This document shows positions 10,336-23,575 of a stretch of 64,000 bases of DNA, piece after piece. The stretch lies in the NCBI GenBank assembly GCA_013265495.1, contig MU059330.1, positions 7,868,990-7,932,989 of the forward strand, in the 5' to 3' direction. Under the pieces are notes generated by a model. That model had not been told where the DNA came from and did no database searches. It saw only the letters and a list, made by a program, of their open reading frames with translations. The DNA comes from Vicugna vicugna (lineage: Eukaryota). Position numbers and translations under genes: made by a program. Every line of letters starts with the position of its first letter. The first letter of the stretch is position 1.

Positions 10336-13300
10336 TAATGTCTGTGGTTCTATGACCCAAAGGCAGATGCGTAATGATACGTAGGTTGGAAGGCCTGCTC
10401 AGGATTAGGAAAGAGGAATTTCTAAACAAGAGCCACAGCTTTCCTGATCTGTCAGTGGGAAGGTCTAGAGAGTGTGGAAATTAGAATATCCCTCTCCAAA
10501 GGGCAAAACGTTTACTCTAGAGGCAACTTCTGTGACATAAAGGATTGAGAGGCAGCATGACATTGAATTCTTATGCCCACGAAGGAGGCGAGGGTTGGCA
10601 TAGGTCATTTTTGGCCTGGATTGCTTTCAGAGGTTCTTACGGAAAGCCTAGGGTGTGTTTCCTATGCAAGTGCAATAGGGTTAAACATGTGAAAATGCTG
10701 GCTTATCACCCACAATGCAATGGACCAGTGGGATGATTTAATGCAGCTCTCAATGGGACAGTGAAGATTTATGTGGATAATCATCCCGATGCTGGGAATG
10801 ATAAGTTATCACATTTATCATTTGCATATAGAAAGGCCTTTCATGAATTCTCTTGGTTCTCACAATTCAACCCTATTCTTGAGAAGAAGGTGAATAGTTT
10901 TTCGATTTAATTAGTGAGTACCAGAAAGGTAAATTGAGAGGGTATAAAACATCAATAGTAGACCACGTATTAAGACTGAAAGAAAAAAATGGAAGCTATT
11001 TGTTCTCTGACAAACATTATGTGTTTCTGACCTATGTTTGTTTTCTGCATTGGCAAACCCCGTGTAGACACAGTAATCTCTGAAGGTTTAATGCGAGCCG
11101 TGAGCGTGTTCTAGGATGTTTGCACAGGGGCCGTCATTTCTGGATAATTTTATGGCTCTCCCAACGCAGGATCTGTGGAAGCCAGCAGGTGGGAGCCAGA
11201 CTCCTGAGGGGCTGCGGAATTAATGAAAAGACCAGTGAGCCTCTCTCTGCACATGTTCTACATTTTTCCAACCACATGAGAGTTCTCACTAAATTTCTTG
11301 GTACTTAAAAAGGATCTTTGAAAAAGTTAGGAATCATTGCTCCAGAGGATAGGCAATTACTTCCATGGAAATGTGATTTCAAATTTATTCTTAGCAAATT
11401 TCAAAAGACATCAGCAGGTTCAACTCCTTACAGACACGTTTCAGAGGCATGACTTTTATGAAACAGCCTACTCACCTTCATATACCAAACTTTATTTCCT
11501 TTTTTATTTCCTTACTTATAAGTCTTTCTTAAAAAAATTAGAATCTCAGTTTTAAAGTTCTATTTCAATATTATTTTAAAACTTACATTCATAGATAAGC
11601 TTGAGTTTGTAGCTAGAAACTGGCTATCAAAGTCTCTGGCTGCAACAGTTTTTAAAGAAACCACTGCATTTAAATTTGAGCTCAAATTACATGAAGCAAG
11701 GGAAGGAACGCAATGGAGGCTTTTTGCTCATTTTTGGGAAATAGAAGACGATGGGGAAATTTATCAGAGAAAAGCAGTCAATCTGTATCATGTTTTTGTG
11801 ACGTGATTTGTTTATGGAGTGATACATTTTTTTTTGTTTGAACTGATGCAATTTGAGGGTCTGGTGGAATTCTGGAACTTTCCTAAAAGACCAATGCAAG
11901 GTATTTTTTTAATTAGTCGTTTTCTCTACCACAGGGGTGGCCTACTTGTTATTGCAGCGGAGAAAAGCATCAGAAGGGCTTTGAAGGCGTGGAGCAGCCT
12001 CAAAGTTCTCAAGCTCTTCTGAAACGTAGCAGCTCACTGGGAAGCCCAAGGTAAGAATTCATAATATTCAAAAGAAATCTTTGCTTCATGCTGGGAGATG
12101 AATTTGCTCTTCAAGATTGGAGGCCAGCTTGATAAACTGTTAGATCAGCTGAAGATACAGGATAGTTCATGGTTAGTCTTCAAGGTAATCTCCCCCCATG
12201 GTGGCCTAGAAGATGAAAACACAGGGATCTCAAACTTGAGAACCATACTGTTGAAACATGCTTGCAGCCCAAAGTCTCCCTATGTTACAGGCTTCTGCTC
12301 TGCCACTGATAAGATAAGGATTTTTGAAAGAATTCCTCAAGAGAGGACTGTGATGTGGTGAAGGCCATTTAAAGGGGGCTAAGAAGTGAGAGCTCCAGCA
12401 TAAGTTGTTAGGACTCCGGTCTCCTGCTGGCAGGAGCAACTGACTGTAGCCACGCTCAGGAGGTAAGCTCAATGTAGGATGAGAAATGCACTTTCAGAAT
12501 TGGATTTCAAAAGGAATCATTCAACAAGCTGGCCTCCATATTGGCCTCTGCACCTTCTAAACAGAATAAGCAGATTCAGCAGACTGCTGCACAGTGGCTG
12601 TGAGAGCTGGCTGGTGGCCAGGGAGATCTACTGACGCAGGTTGGTCCTAATGATGTGAAAAGGTCAACAAATCAGAAGAACGTCAGTACAACACCTTAGG
12701 AAGCTGACATAATCCCTTTAAGAATGAGCCAGGAGAAAAGCCTCAGTCCTTCCCACAGAAGCCCTTCCATCTTTCAAGGCCAACCTCCCGCAGTTGGACA
12801 TGGACATTGCCGTGTGCTCAGAAGCTGTCTGGAGCAAGCCCTGGTTCCTGGGATCCCACGTGCAGACATGATTCCCTTGAGGTTTAAGGTCTTGAGAATG
12901 AAGCAGCTGTGGGGCCATCAGGCCATTGGCTGTTGCCTGTCTATTTTTCCAGGTACCAGAGCAGAAAGGACTCATTCGATGTCTTCTTGGTAGAGGTGTT
13001 TTCAATGAGGAACAAACATAGGTTAATTAACAGCAGATCTTGCTGAACAAAAGTAATTATTTCTCTGATTGTGATCACTGATTTTGTGGGGAGAGGGAAA
13101 TGAGAGAAGAGACCTTAATTTAAGGAGCAGCTTGACATTATGCCACTTGATTATGAAAACAGTGAATTTGGAAGTGCAAGTGAGATTACGTTCCTGAAGG
13201 GTGAGTTTGTCCTTGAAGAACAGCAAACGGTGAATATCCTCAGTGGGTCACAAGGTGGAGCCTGGAACAAATACCCTGGGGAATGTCTCAGTCACTCCAC

Positions 13301-14808
13301 TAATTGAATCACTTGTGTGATTTCCCAGTGGGCTGTATGTAGGCTCTTTGGGGGAAAAAGTCGATCGATCTTGACCTTTGCATTTTTATAGTATTCACAA
13401 ATACGTGACACTCAAATATTTGTTGAAAGAATGAGTGAAGAGAGGAAGGAGGCAGGCCAGTTTCATTCAGTTTAGGTCAAGGCTATGAGCAAAACTAAGA
13501 CATAGGCCGTGTTTGGTTTTCATCTCTTTTATGAAGCTGTCTTTGTATCTTCAGGAAAAGGTGTCCATGGTCCTCCTTGGTCCTACTGAATGTGCTATGG
13601 CGTGTCCTCTCTTCCATCTTACTTCCTTACCTCTCTTTCCTACTCCTGCTGACTGGTGAATTCACAGACGTAGCAAATGTGTATAAACACAGAGTAACAT
13701 GAAAAAGTAATCTACCTCACCAAGGATTGTTTCTAATCTCAGGGTAATGTCTGTGCTAAGAAAGCTGGCCTTCCCAATGTCCATGATTCAGGGGCCACCT
13801 CTCACCCTGCTAAGACATCTGGACTCCTTAACGTCTAGAGCCAAAGAGCAAAACCATAGGAGAGATGAAGTATATCTTGCCAACACAAGGCTCATTTTTT
13901 GAGGGGTTCAATTATTTCCCCCAAGAGGATCTAAACATTTTCTTAAGTAACCCACACTGGAAAAGGTCTTTCTTAAAGGAGAAATTTGTCTACCAACAAT
14001 AGGATAGCAGAGGAACATCGTTATTTACACAAGAGAAACGCATATGACATTCATTCTCTACAGAGTGATATTTACCCCAAGGAGGCAAAAATTGGTTCTT
14101 GGAGGGGAGGAGGGTTGGTGAACAAATTTTAGATGTTATAATGATTTGTGGGCCTCTAAAGTGTCATGGTGCATAGACATATAGTATACTGGTGCCATTA
14201 AAATTTCATGAGAAGGGGTGATTAGGAAAAGTCTAAAAAGACTCCTTGGGTGGGAGGGATGATGATGAAAAAAACAGTTGAGAAAGACTGATCTACGTTA
14301 AGTGAGGTCATTTTCTTGGCCACATTTTGAGGCCCAGCTAACATTCAGACTTCTCTAAGAAGCTTTCCTTTCTTAAAACCTTAAAATCCCAGTCAATGAA
14401 TTCTCAGAACTGTTTTCATCAAGGCTATAGAAATGGTGATATTTGTGGTGATATCACGTGACTTTCCCTGAAGCCCCCTGAAGGAGATCAGAGGTGTCAG
14501 TTCAAGGGTGGAGACTATGGGATGGGCTGAGGATTCCAGAACAGATCACCTGTTGCAGGACAGCTCATCCAAGTTCACGTCTGCTCCCTCATCAGACATG
14601 AACCTGTGAGGTGTCAAGAACAGCCTTCCCTACAAACATCTTTGGGGGTTTTCATTTCTTTCCTGTTGCTGTGTTGATTGGCTTCAATGTAGAGGACTGA
14701 AGGATACATTGTCCGCTTACTTATTCAGTCATCATTTATTAAGTCCTTACTGTGTGCCAGGCATTATTCTGGTTCCTGGATACACAGCAACAAACTAGAA
14801 GGACCCAG

Positions 14809-16371
14809 CCCAGAAAGAAGCCCATACACTCACGATCAATTAATCTACAATAAAGGAGGCAAGAGTATACAATGGAGAAAAGACAGTCTGTGTGATAAGT
14901 GGTGCTTCAAAAACTGGACAGTTACATATAAAAAATGAAATTAGAACATTCTCTAACATCATAAACAAAAATAAACTCAAAACAGGTTAAAGATCTGAAT
15001 GTAAGACCCCAAACCATAAAACTCTTTGAAGAAAACATAGGCAGATCACTATTTGCCATAAATTGTAGCAGTATTTTTTTTGGATCTGTCTCATAAAGCA
15101 AAGAAAATAAAAACAAAAATAAAAAAATGGGACCTAATTAAATTTAAAAGCTTTTGCATGACAAAGGAAACCACTGACAAAACAAGACAACCTACTTGAA
15201 TGGGAGAAGATATTTGCAAATGATATAACTGATAAGGGGTTAATATCCAACATATATAAACAGCTCATACAACTCAACATCAAAAAATCACACAACCCAA
15301 TTAAGAAATGAGCTGAAGAACTAAGTAGACATTTTTCCAAAGAGGAAATGCAGATGGCCAATGGGCACATGAAAAGATGCTCAACATTGCTAATCATCAG
15401 GGAAGTGCACATCAAAACTACACTGAGATAGCACCTCACACCCTGTCAGAATGGACATCATCAAAAAGACCACAAATAACAAATAATGGTGTGAATGCAG
15501 AGAAAAGGGAACCCTTGTACACTGTTGTTGGGAATGTAAATTGGTGCAGTCACTGTGGAAAACAGTATGGAGGTTCCTCAAAAAGCTAAAAACACAGTGA
15601 AAAAAATGTGACAATGAATATGTGTATGTTCACGTATAACTGAAAAATTGTGCTCTACACTGGAATTTGACACAACATTGTAAAATGACTATAACTCAGT
15701 TAAAAAAAGTTAAAAAAAAAAACCCAAAACTAAAAACAGATACCATATGACTTAGCAATTCCACTCATGGGTATGTCTGAAAAAAAACCCAAAAACACTA
15801 ATTTGAAAAGATACATGCACCCCCAATGTTAATAGCATTATTTACAATTGCCAAATATGGAAGCAATCTAAGTGTCCATCTACAGATAAATGGATGAAGA
15901 TGTGCTGTACATACACACATAGTGGAATATTACTCAGCTGTAAAAAATGCAATTTTGTCATTTGCTGCAACATGATGTACTTGGAGGGTATTATGCTAAG
16001 TGAGATAAGTCAGACAGAGAAAGACAAATACTGTGTGATGTCACTTATATGTGGAATCCAAAAAAATACAACGAACTAGTGAATATAACAAAAAAGAAGC
16101 AGACTCACAGATATACAGAACAAACTGGTGGTTACCAGCAGGGAGAAGGAAGAGGGAAGGAGCAATATAGGGGTAGGAGATTAATGGGTACAAACTATAA
16201 TGTATAAAATTAGCTACTAGGATGTATTGTACAACATGGGGAATATGGCCAGTGTTTTATAATAACTACAAATGGAATATAACCTTTAAAAATTGTGAGC
16301 CACTATATCGTTCACCTGTAACTTAGATAATTTTGTACATCAAATATACTACAATGAAAAAAATTTTAAAA
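14809..16371 (+). mobile_element. 5'-truncated LINE-1 (degraded ORF2 C-terminal region and 3'UTR) with 10-bp TSD
   Basis: L1 motifs (gggagaagatatttgcaaat, atgaaaagatgctcaacat, cactgtggaaaacagtatggaggttcctcaaaaa); TSD AAGGACCCAG at 14799-14808 and 16372-16381. Confidence 0.95.
15595..15725 (+). mobile_element. 131-bp young L1 3'UTR tail inserted inside the older L1
   Basis: Matches the reverse complement of ~735-860; TSD aaa(g/a)ctaaaaaca at 15582-15594 and 15726-15738. Confidence 0.88.
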
Positions 16372-16784
16372 AAGGACCCAGTCTTTCCTCTCTAGAGCTT
16401 AATCATTAAGGGGAAGCCAGGTTCAATGCATAAACAAACAATGACATAGCCATTTGTAATAAAATTCTTCAATTTTTAAAACTGGGTGGAGGGACAGAGA
16501 ATGACTGAGATCAGGAGATCAGGATGGACCACTGTGAGTTGAGGGCCACTGAAGGATGAGAGTTAGTGCCATCAGGAGCAGGTCTGGGAGAAGTGCATTC
16601 TTGGCTGGGAAATATTCCTACAAAGTCCCCGAGAGGGGATGGGAAATAATCTCTGGCTGCATTATGGACCATAGAGGGACTGAAATGAGCAAAGGAGACC
16701 ATTGCAGTCATGAAGGCCAGAGATGGTGGTGATGTGTCCATGGCAAGAGATGGATGGATTCAGGTTAAGCTTTGGAGGTAGAGA

Positions 16785-17364
16785 TGTCAATGTGCCAAGT
16801 TCATACTGCTTGCCACACGACTAGCCGATAAATCTAAAGATGAGTGGTTGGGGCAAGGAATAGCCACTTTATTTGCAAAGCCAGCAAACCAAAAAGATGG
16901 CAGACTCATGTCCTAAAGAACCATCTTAACGTGGAATAAAACTGAGACTTCTTTTATGTTAAGGGAAAGGGGAGGCAGTAAGATTCAAGATTGAAGGACA
17001 AAGCTGAGTGCAGACTTCTCGGAGTCACCTGGCCTTCAGGGGGCGAATAACTATTCTTTGTTCTTCTGCTTTCTCACATGGTGCCGGATCACAAAACTCC
17101 TGCAAAAACTTCATATTGTTAGCAGTTATTTTTACTCTACCATTCTTATTTCTGCCTATTAACAAGGTTTCTGGGCTGAAAACAAACTTATCTATACCAA
17201 GTACTAGCCATAACTAGCTTGGGACCATGGGATGGAAACTTTCTTCAAGGAACTTAATGAGCTATTTGGGCACAAGCAACATTTCTCTAATATTTAACTC
17301 TTTCTGTGCCAGGCTAGAGTGATAAGAGTATTTAAGCTAAAGAATGAGGGAGGCAGTTCCAACA
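16785..17364 (-). mobile_element. ERV1-type solo LTR inserted in L2
   Basis: TG...CA ends; actttatttgcaaag, aagatggcagact, aagaaccatcttaac LTR-type motifs; no clear TSD. Confidence 0.65.
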
Positions 17365-17399
17365 TAGTGTTAGTTCTGCTCTTCCTCTGTTACAGGCCC

Positions 17400-17630
17400 A
17401 GGAGCGTCTGATGGACTGGAGGTGGGGCATGAGAGAAAAATGAAGACATCAGAGATGATTCTCAGGCTTTTGACCTGAGATACGAGGTAAAGGAAAGGAT
17501 CACTGCTAAGACTGGGAGGACTGGGTTGAGGGGAATTGGTCCAGGGAGAAAAGTTTGATATTTCTATTGATATACAAGTAGAAACGTCCAATAAGCAGTT
17601 AAATACACAAATCAAGAGTCCAGTGGGTCA
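17400..17630 (-). mobile_element. L2 fragment
   Basis: gatgattctcaggcttttgacctgag...gagaaaagtttgatat...tagaaacgtccaataagcagttaaatacac. Confidence 0.65.
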
Positions 17631-20039
17631 AGATGGGGATAAAAACTTAGGAAACCTGAATTGCAGCGAAGGACACGAGGGAGACAGGCGTCTTACACTA
17701 CTTGCGCCCAGAGCCACTCATGGCAAACTGGGTATATTCTGCCTTTGTCTTTGCCTTGCTTTTCTTGGGGGAATAACTTTGTGTTCTAGAGGAAATGATA
17801 GATTCCTCCAGTTAGAGGCCAGATCTCGTACTTCTCTGGGTCTTTCCCAGGACATGAAGGATCTCAGTGTCCTGTCAGAGCCCTTTCATCTTGTACTACT
17901 GTTCAGAGAGAGCTCTGAGCTCCTTTTCCTCACTATGAAACCAGAGGGGCTTCTCTGCTCTGGTTTTGTGTGAGGTTCAGGCCACCACGGCTCCCTGCCC
18001 ACCCTTAAGGATGTCTTAAGCCTCTGCAGCTGCTGGGAGGGTTGTCAGGAGGAGAGCAGGACTGGTGAGTTCCATGCCTTTCTTCTTGACCAGATCTCCC
18101 ATTTTTTTCTCATCTGAAGCAAAAGCAAAACTGAACCAGGCCAAAAAAGGCAAACAAGGCTCGGACTCTATTTAGAAAACAAACATGGAGATGATAACTC
18201 GCCCTCTTCCCTTTATTTCTCGTATCCAAGGAGCTGACTTTTTGTTTTCCTTGTTGGAAGTGAAATGGATGTTTCCCCCTTTCTGTTGGCTTTGTAATAT
18301 TTGCTTAGCAACTCTTTAGCAATGGTAGGGAATTACAACCTGTCCCAGTCAACTCATTCTCAGAACTGTTTTCCTCAAGGACGTAGAAGTGGTTGTCTCC
18401 TCCTAAATCCTCCGACAGGGAAGATGAGAGAAAGGCCTGGGGCGGTGGCAGCCGCTTAAGAATGAGGAAGCGTTTTTACTAGAAAAGGTTCCTAAAGTGA
18501 CAGGCTTTCATCATGAAAGGGACAGATTCTGCCCAGAATATTTTGGAAATCTTCTGAACAAATATTTAGCAGACATCGATGCTGCCTTGAGGATGACATA
18601 TGCTCTTCTTAATCATTTTAGGTCAGGCCTTCGGAGAAGTTATAGCACTCAGAAGGTGCTTGATAGAAACATGTAGCTTGAGTTCACCATGTGCTGTGTC
18701 CAGCAGAAGAATTTTAGCCTTCTCTGATTAGGAGTCAAACACAGAAGACCAAGTCAGATGCCTAATATCGTCTTTACGCAATTCTATCCTCCTAGGTTGA
18801 TTCAGATTCCCACACATTTTTTTAAACTAGTAATTTGATAAAGTTAACTCCTCTGTTCCCTGATCCCAGTAACTAGGAATCAGTGTTAACCAAGGATATA
18901 AAAGTAGGAGGGGCTGAGGTACCGAGCTGTCATGGACAACATTTTCTAAGGAGAAAGAATGCTGTTTGGGGTTGAAGAAAGCATGGTCCCTCTTCTGTGG
19001 TTATGAGTGAACACAATGGGAATGACAGCCAGATGGCTTCTGGTGGCAGCCAAGATCACACCTGGTCACCAGGCAGTTCTCAGAATTTGAAAGGAAACTG
19101 GCACTACTTGGGGATCATGAGAAAACCAGGAGAAATCTCACGGGACCGCAGGTAGCTCTTCCCTCCTGCTCCACCCCATAGCGTTCTGCGGGTGCTGGTT
19201 GGTGGGATATAGTTCATTTCACATACATGGTTTAAATAGAACGCAAACAAATTCCTGTTATAATTACTCTCCCCTTTAAACAGTTAATACAATTTCTAGT
19301 GTACATTTTAAAAATTCATTTAAATTTACATTATTTAATTCTGAAAAATATATCATCTTTAAAAATAAAAATAGATTTGACTTACTTGGCAAGTCCCTTT
19401 GAATACATATGAAACTAAGCTAATAAAAATAAATCATGGGGGTGAGACTGAAACACACACACACACACACAAAGGAGGTAAAGCATCACTCAGTAGAACT
19501 GCAAGCAAATGATTCTCTTAAAGAAAATCTCTAAAATTTGCTTAGAGTAATGGAATCTTCATGGTTTTGAAATAAGTCAAGGCTCTTGGCACACTGCTAG
19601 TATTGCATAAATGTGCAATTCCCCACCCCCACCCCAGAAATCCCAACTCCAAAAGGGAAAGTTGGCTTTGTTAATGGGGTAAACAAATCTGTTGTATACT
19701 TCATATTTGCTATACTCTTCCTTAAATATTTGGTTTTGAAAAATCATCCAATTATTGCTGTCCCACTGTAGGAATGACAAAACTATAGTTTCGTAAACGT
19801 GACACACTTGAACTTGCTTTCAGTGGAATCCTACAGATAAAGATTTATGCCACAGCTCAGTGCAAATCCAGCCTGAGAGCTCATTGTCATAACCTTCAGA
19901 TATCATGACCGGGTCCTTTTGTGACTCCTGTCAGTTCAGCCAGCCAAAGACATTTAACTGCCTGGAGGAGAAGGTCGTGATGAGAGGATGCCCATCCCAG
20001 GGGAGAAGGGTGTGCGGGGCTCTGGTGCAGGAGAAGCTG

Positions 20040-20170
20040 CCAGAGACTCGGAGTCTGGAGGCTGGGTTCTTGGTGGCTCCACTGTGACTTACCTTTCTAA
20101 TCTTGGGCAAGCCACTTGATTTCTTTGGACCTCATTTTCTTAAACCAAACCGAATGATTTGGATGAAATA
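20040..20170 (+). mobile_element. MIR fragment
   Basis: ctgggttcttgg...tcttgggcaagccacttgatttctttggacctcattttct. Confidence 0.7.
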
Positions 20171-21626
20171 ATTTCTAAACTTCATCTCTAAATAATTGTG
20201 TGATCCCTTCTGAGGAATCAGAACTCCACCCCTCACCTCACCTCCCAGCTTTTCTTACCCTGCTCCTCTCCAAGAGAAAGTTATAGCTTGAAGGATAGCC
20301 CTAGTTAAGTAGGTGGGTGTGGAGCGGAAGACAAGAAGGCACCAAACCACTGAGCAGCCCGCTGCCGGGTGCGGAGCTGTCCTTGGTGGATGATGTGCCA
20401 GCATCCTGCAGGCTTAGCGCCTCTTCCTTTTCTAGTTTCTTTAAGGTAAAAGGTGAGACCTGTAGCCCTCAGCATCACTGGGCTCTTTCTGGATTCTTTC
20501 TGATGCCATGTGTACTTAAAGAAATTTGTGCAATTATTTTGTTATGCGATATATTTAAACCTTAGCCAGATAGATTTTACCTGAGCAAGAATCACTCTCT
20601 TAGAGAATTAAATTCTCTTTTAATGTTCCTATGCCACATTTAATAATCTTTGTGTCCCTCTACAGCATTTCTGGATTAGTAATCCACTCCATTTTTATAC
20701 ACATTGGGTTGGAAAATTTGGAACTGCTATATATTTAGCAGGTCTCCAAAGGAAGTCCATTTTTAAGAAGAAAAAAAAAAGAACAAAACTTTCTTCTACT
20801 ATAATTGAATTTTCTCTAAGGTTTTAACCACCATTATGGGGGATTGAGGGCTATAAAAACTTCTAAATTTTAGATATGCTGCAGTTAAACCAATAGACTA
20901 AAACTTAGTTTGAATTATAGCTGTGAAACCGCATTATTCTAGAAATAATTCCAGTACAAATGCCATAAAAGTGATGATTTTTTTTTGTGATCTAGGCTTT
21001 CTTCCCCCAATTTCCTCTCGGATGGTCTTATGACATCTCATGGCAGTTTGAAACTGAATTATAAGTGGTAAGATGCATTAGTCAAACATTTATTCATATG
21101 CTTAAGTCAGTATTGATTAAAAATATTTAAAGTTTTCTATTTTGTCAATAATTTTAGGTTTCTGTTGGCATGGACTTCTGGGCTATGTTCTTGCCTTATC
21201 CCTGTTTATCGCCTCAATTTATCAATCAAGCATTAGTTACAGTTAATTGTCGTTCATTATGTCCCTTTAATATTGCCCAAAGAGAGTTAACTCCTACCTA
21301 CCATGTATTTTAGATGCTCTGTATGAGTTCCATGAGACCCAGGAATTAAGCTTAACTATTTGTGTGAGAAGATTGAGTCTCAAATATGTGATCTGAGGCC
21401 ACCCAGAAAGAAATGGAATTATTTAGGGCCAGAAAAAAGAAGTATGTAGGAAAAAGATCACCTGCTAACTTGAAAAGAGGTAAAACGTAAGGAGTGTCAG
21501 ATGAGTCACATATCAGATTGTTTAACTACAGACATTCTGTCAAAATTTCTTGACCTTGCAAGAGCATTTCATTAAATGAAGTGTGCAAATACCAGGAGTG
21601 GGATTGCTGGATCATAGGTAAATTCT

Positions 21627-22066
21627 CCACAAAACCCCCAACAACAGGGTAAAGGGAGTTTCTGGGTTGGTGAACACATCGAGGTGTGGGAGGTTGTACA
21701 TGAAAGTCTCTTTCCTCACCTGCCCCTCACAGCCTGCCCTGTGCCTCTCTTCCATTTGGCTGTTCCTGAGTTGTAGCCATTACAGTAAACCAAATAATAG
21801 TGAGTAAAGTGTTTTTCTGAGTTCTGCAAGCTGTTCTAGCAAATTATTGAGCCCGAGAAGGGGGATGGGAACTCTTCACTTATAGGCAGTTAGTTGGTCA
21901 AAAGTACCAGACTCACAAGAGGCCAGACTCGCAACTGGCGTCCGCAGTGAGGGGCAGTCTTGTGGGACTGAGCCCTTGACCCGTGAATCTGTCTGACTCC
22001 GGGTACGTAGTGCTCAGATGGAATGGAAATGGAAATGGAAATGGAAGCCACACATTAGGTGTCAGA
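21627..22066 (+). mobile_element. MER21-group ERVL LTR (3' part)
   Basis: ggttggtgaacacatcgaggtg, ctcttccatttggctgttcctgagttgta, gcagtcttgtgggactgagccctt, ggtgtcaga end. Confidence 0.85.
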
Positions 22067-22142
22067 GTTTTGTAAGAAGAAGAAACAAGGGTTTTCTTTT
22101 AGCCTAGATGTAGTGATGCTTCTGCCCTCTCAGTGGCTGTGT

Positions 22143-22590
22143 GAGGGTAGTTTTAGTTATAAGGGACAGAAACTGAATTTAATGCAACATATATTTCCCG
22201 TGTCAGGGAAGTCCAGGGCTGCCTAGGCTTGAGGGGCACATGCAGTGATGTCACAATGTGGCCTGTCTACCTTTTGAATCTGCTGCTCTGAGTCGCTTCA
22301 TTCTCAAGCAGATTCTCCACGTGGTGGCAGAGGTGGTTGCTGGCACACCTGGGCTTAGGTCTTCCCAGTGATGAAGCTAGAAGTCCACAGAGAGTGTCTC
22401 TTTTCTGATGATTCCAACAAGATCACTGTGGGGAGAGGGGCTGCCCGTCCAGCTCCCATGAGTGTCAGTCCCTGAAGTAATAGCTCTGCCCGGGGGCTTG
22501 GGTTTCTCTGGTGCACCAAACCCGAGTCATGTTCCCTCTCCTAGGGCGGGGGAAGAGGTTCACCTGTTGGAAGTTCCCCATAAGGGCTTC
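22143..22590 (-). mobile_element. Old MaLR LTR (MLT1J/K-like)
   Basis: agttataagggacagaaac...gggaagtccaggg...cttcattctcaagcag...tccacgtggtggcagag. Confidence 0.65.
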
Positions 22591-23489
22591 TGTTACTGGA
22601 TAAAATGGAGGGAAGGCAAAGTGAGAGGATAAAACCCATAATTACAATAGTCCACCCCAGCCACCTTCCAGAAGAAGCAGGAGACAGCTGCAGGTACCCA
22701 ACCACTGCCTTCATTTACTCAAGCCACCAAACTCACTGTTTCCTACCTTCAGTATTTTCTCTGATGAGAAGCGAGGTCAAGAGTGTCCCCTAATCAGCCT
22801 CAGTGACTCTTTTACACATCTGCACTCACGAGACACTGCTCATGATTTAGCTGAGGTTCAGTATTTATATTACTCGTGCTCGGAGTCAGTTAAATCCGTT
22901 TGGGATCTGAAATCATGACAGAACAGCAGGCCCTTAGGGCCGATGGCTGATACATGGACATGTCAGCACAGAGGAGGAAGCATCTCAGGGTTGACAGTGT
23001 CATCCCGCCTGCCAGGTGAATGTTGTTTTGTGTTTAAGCCATTCTGTTGTTAAGAAACAGATAGTCTTCAGTCGAATTGCATGGAGAAGCAAAAATTGAT
23101 TGTCAATAAGTTTGTGGCTTGGAATGTTATTACTCAGGATAAATTGTAAGGGGAAAATGGTCTTTATGAGAGTGTTGATATATTTTTAATAGAAACTCTC
23201 CATCCCTGATACAGTAGATTATAAATATTTCCAAGGGGAAATGGTACAGTAGGTTTATCATATAAGTGCTTTATGCTGGTTTGAGTAAATTGAGTTTCTT
23301 CAGTGCCAGAAACTCTGAGAGTATTTACTAAACAAGAGACACAAACATCCTCTCTATCATTAAGACTTTAGGTCATTTGCATACTGGGCCATCATTTTTA
23401 ATTACTTGGAAAAGTGATGTGCTATTAGACTTCAGTCGTAGAGATGGAGAGGAAAAAAATCATTCTGTTGAAATTTGTCTCTCTATTTT

Positions 23490-23575
23490 CAGCTATGCAT
23501 GTATACTTCAGATTATTTTCTATTGTAGGTTATTACAAGACATTGAATATAGTTCCCTGTGCTGTACAGTAAAAT
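23490..23575 (-). mobile_element. Short L1 3'UTR fragment
   Basis: aggttattacaagacattgaatatagttccctgtgctgtacagta. Confidence 0.8.

Larger units (their letters stand above)
14715..16780 (-). mobile_element. L2 3' region, split by the L1 at 14809-16371
   Basis: ttattcagtcatcatttattaagtccttactgtgtgccaggc before the L1; tctagagctt and purine-rich L2 sequence after it. Confidence 0.7.

Noticed and set aside
11476-11527. Minus-strand exon candidate with AAG|GTGAGT donor
   Set aside because: Stops in all frames, weak A/T-run acceptor, no supporting partner exon.
15134-15614. Several 70-101 aa ORFs
   Set aside because: Fragments and antisense shadows of degraded L1 ORF2.
22018-22046. (ATGGAAA-like) x5 short repeat, NFAT-like cores
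   Set aside because: Simple slippage expansion inside a MER21 LTR; no other support.
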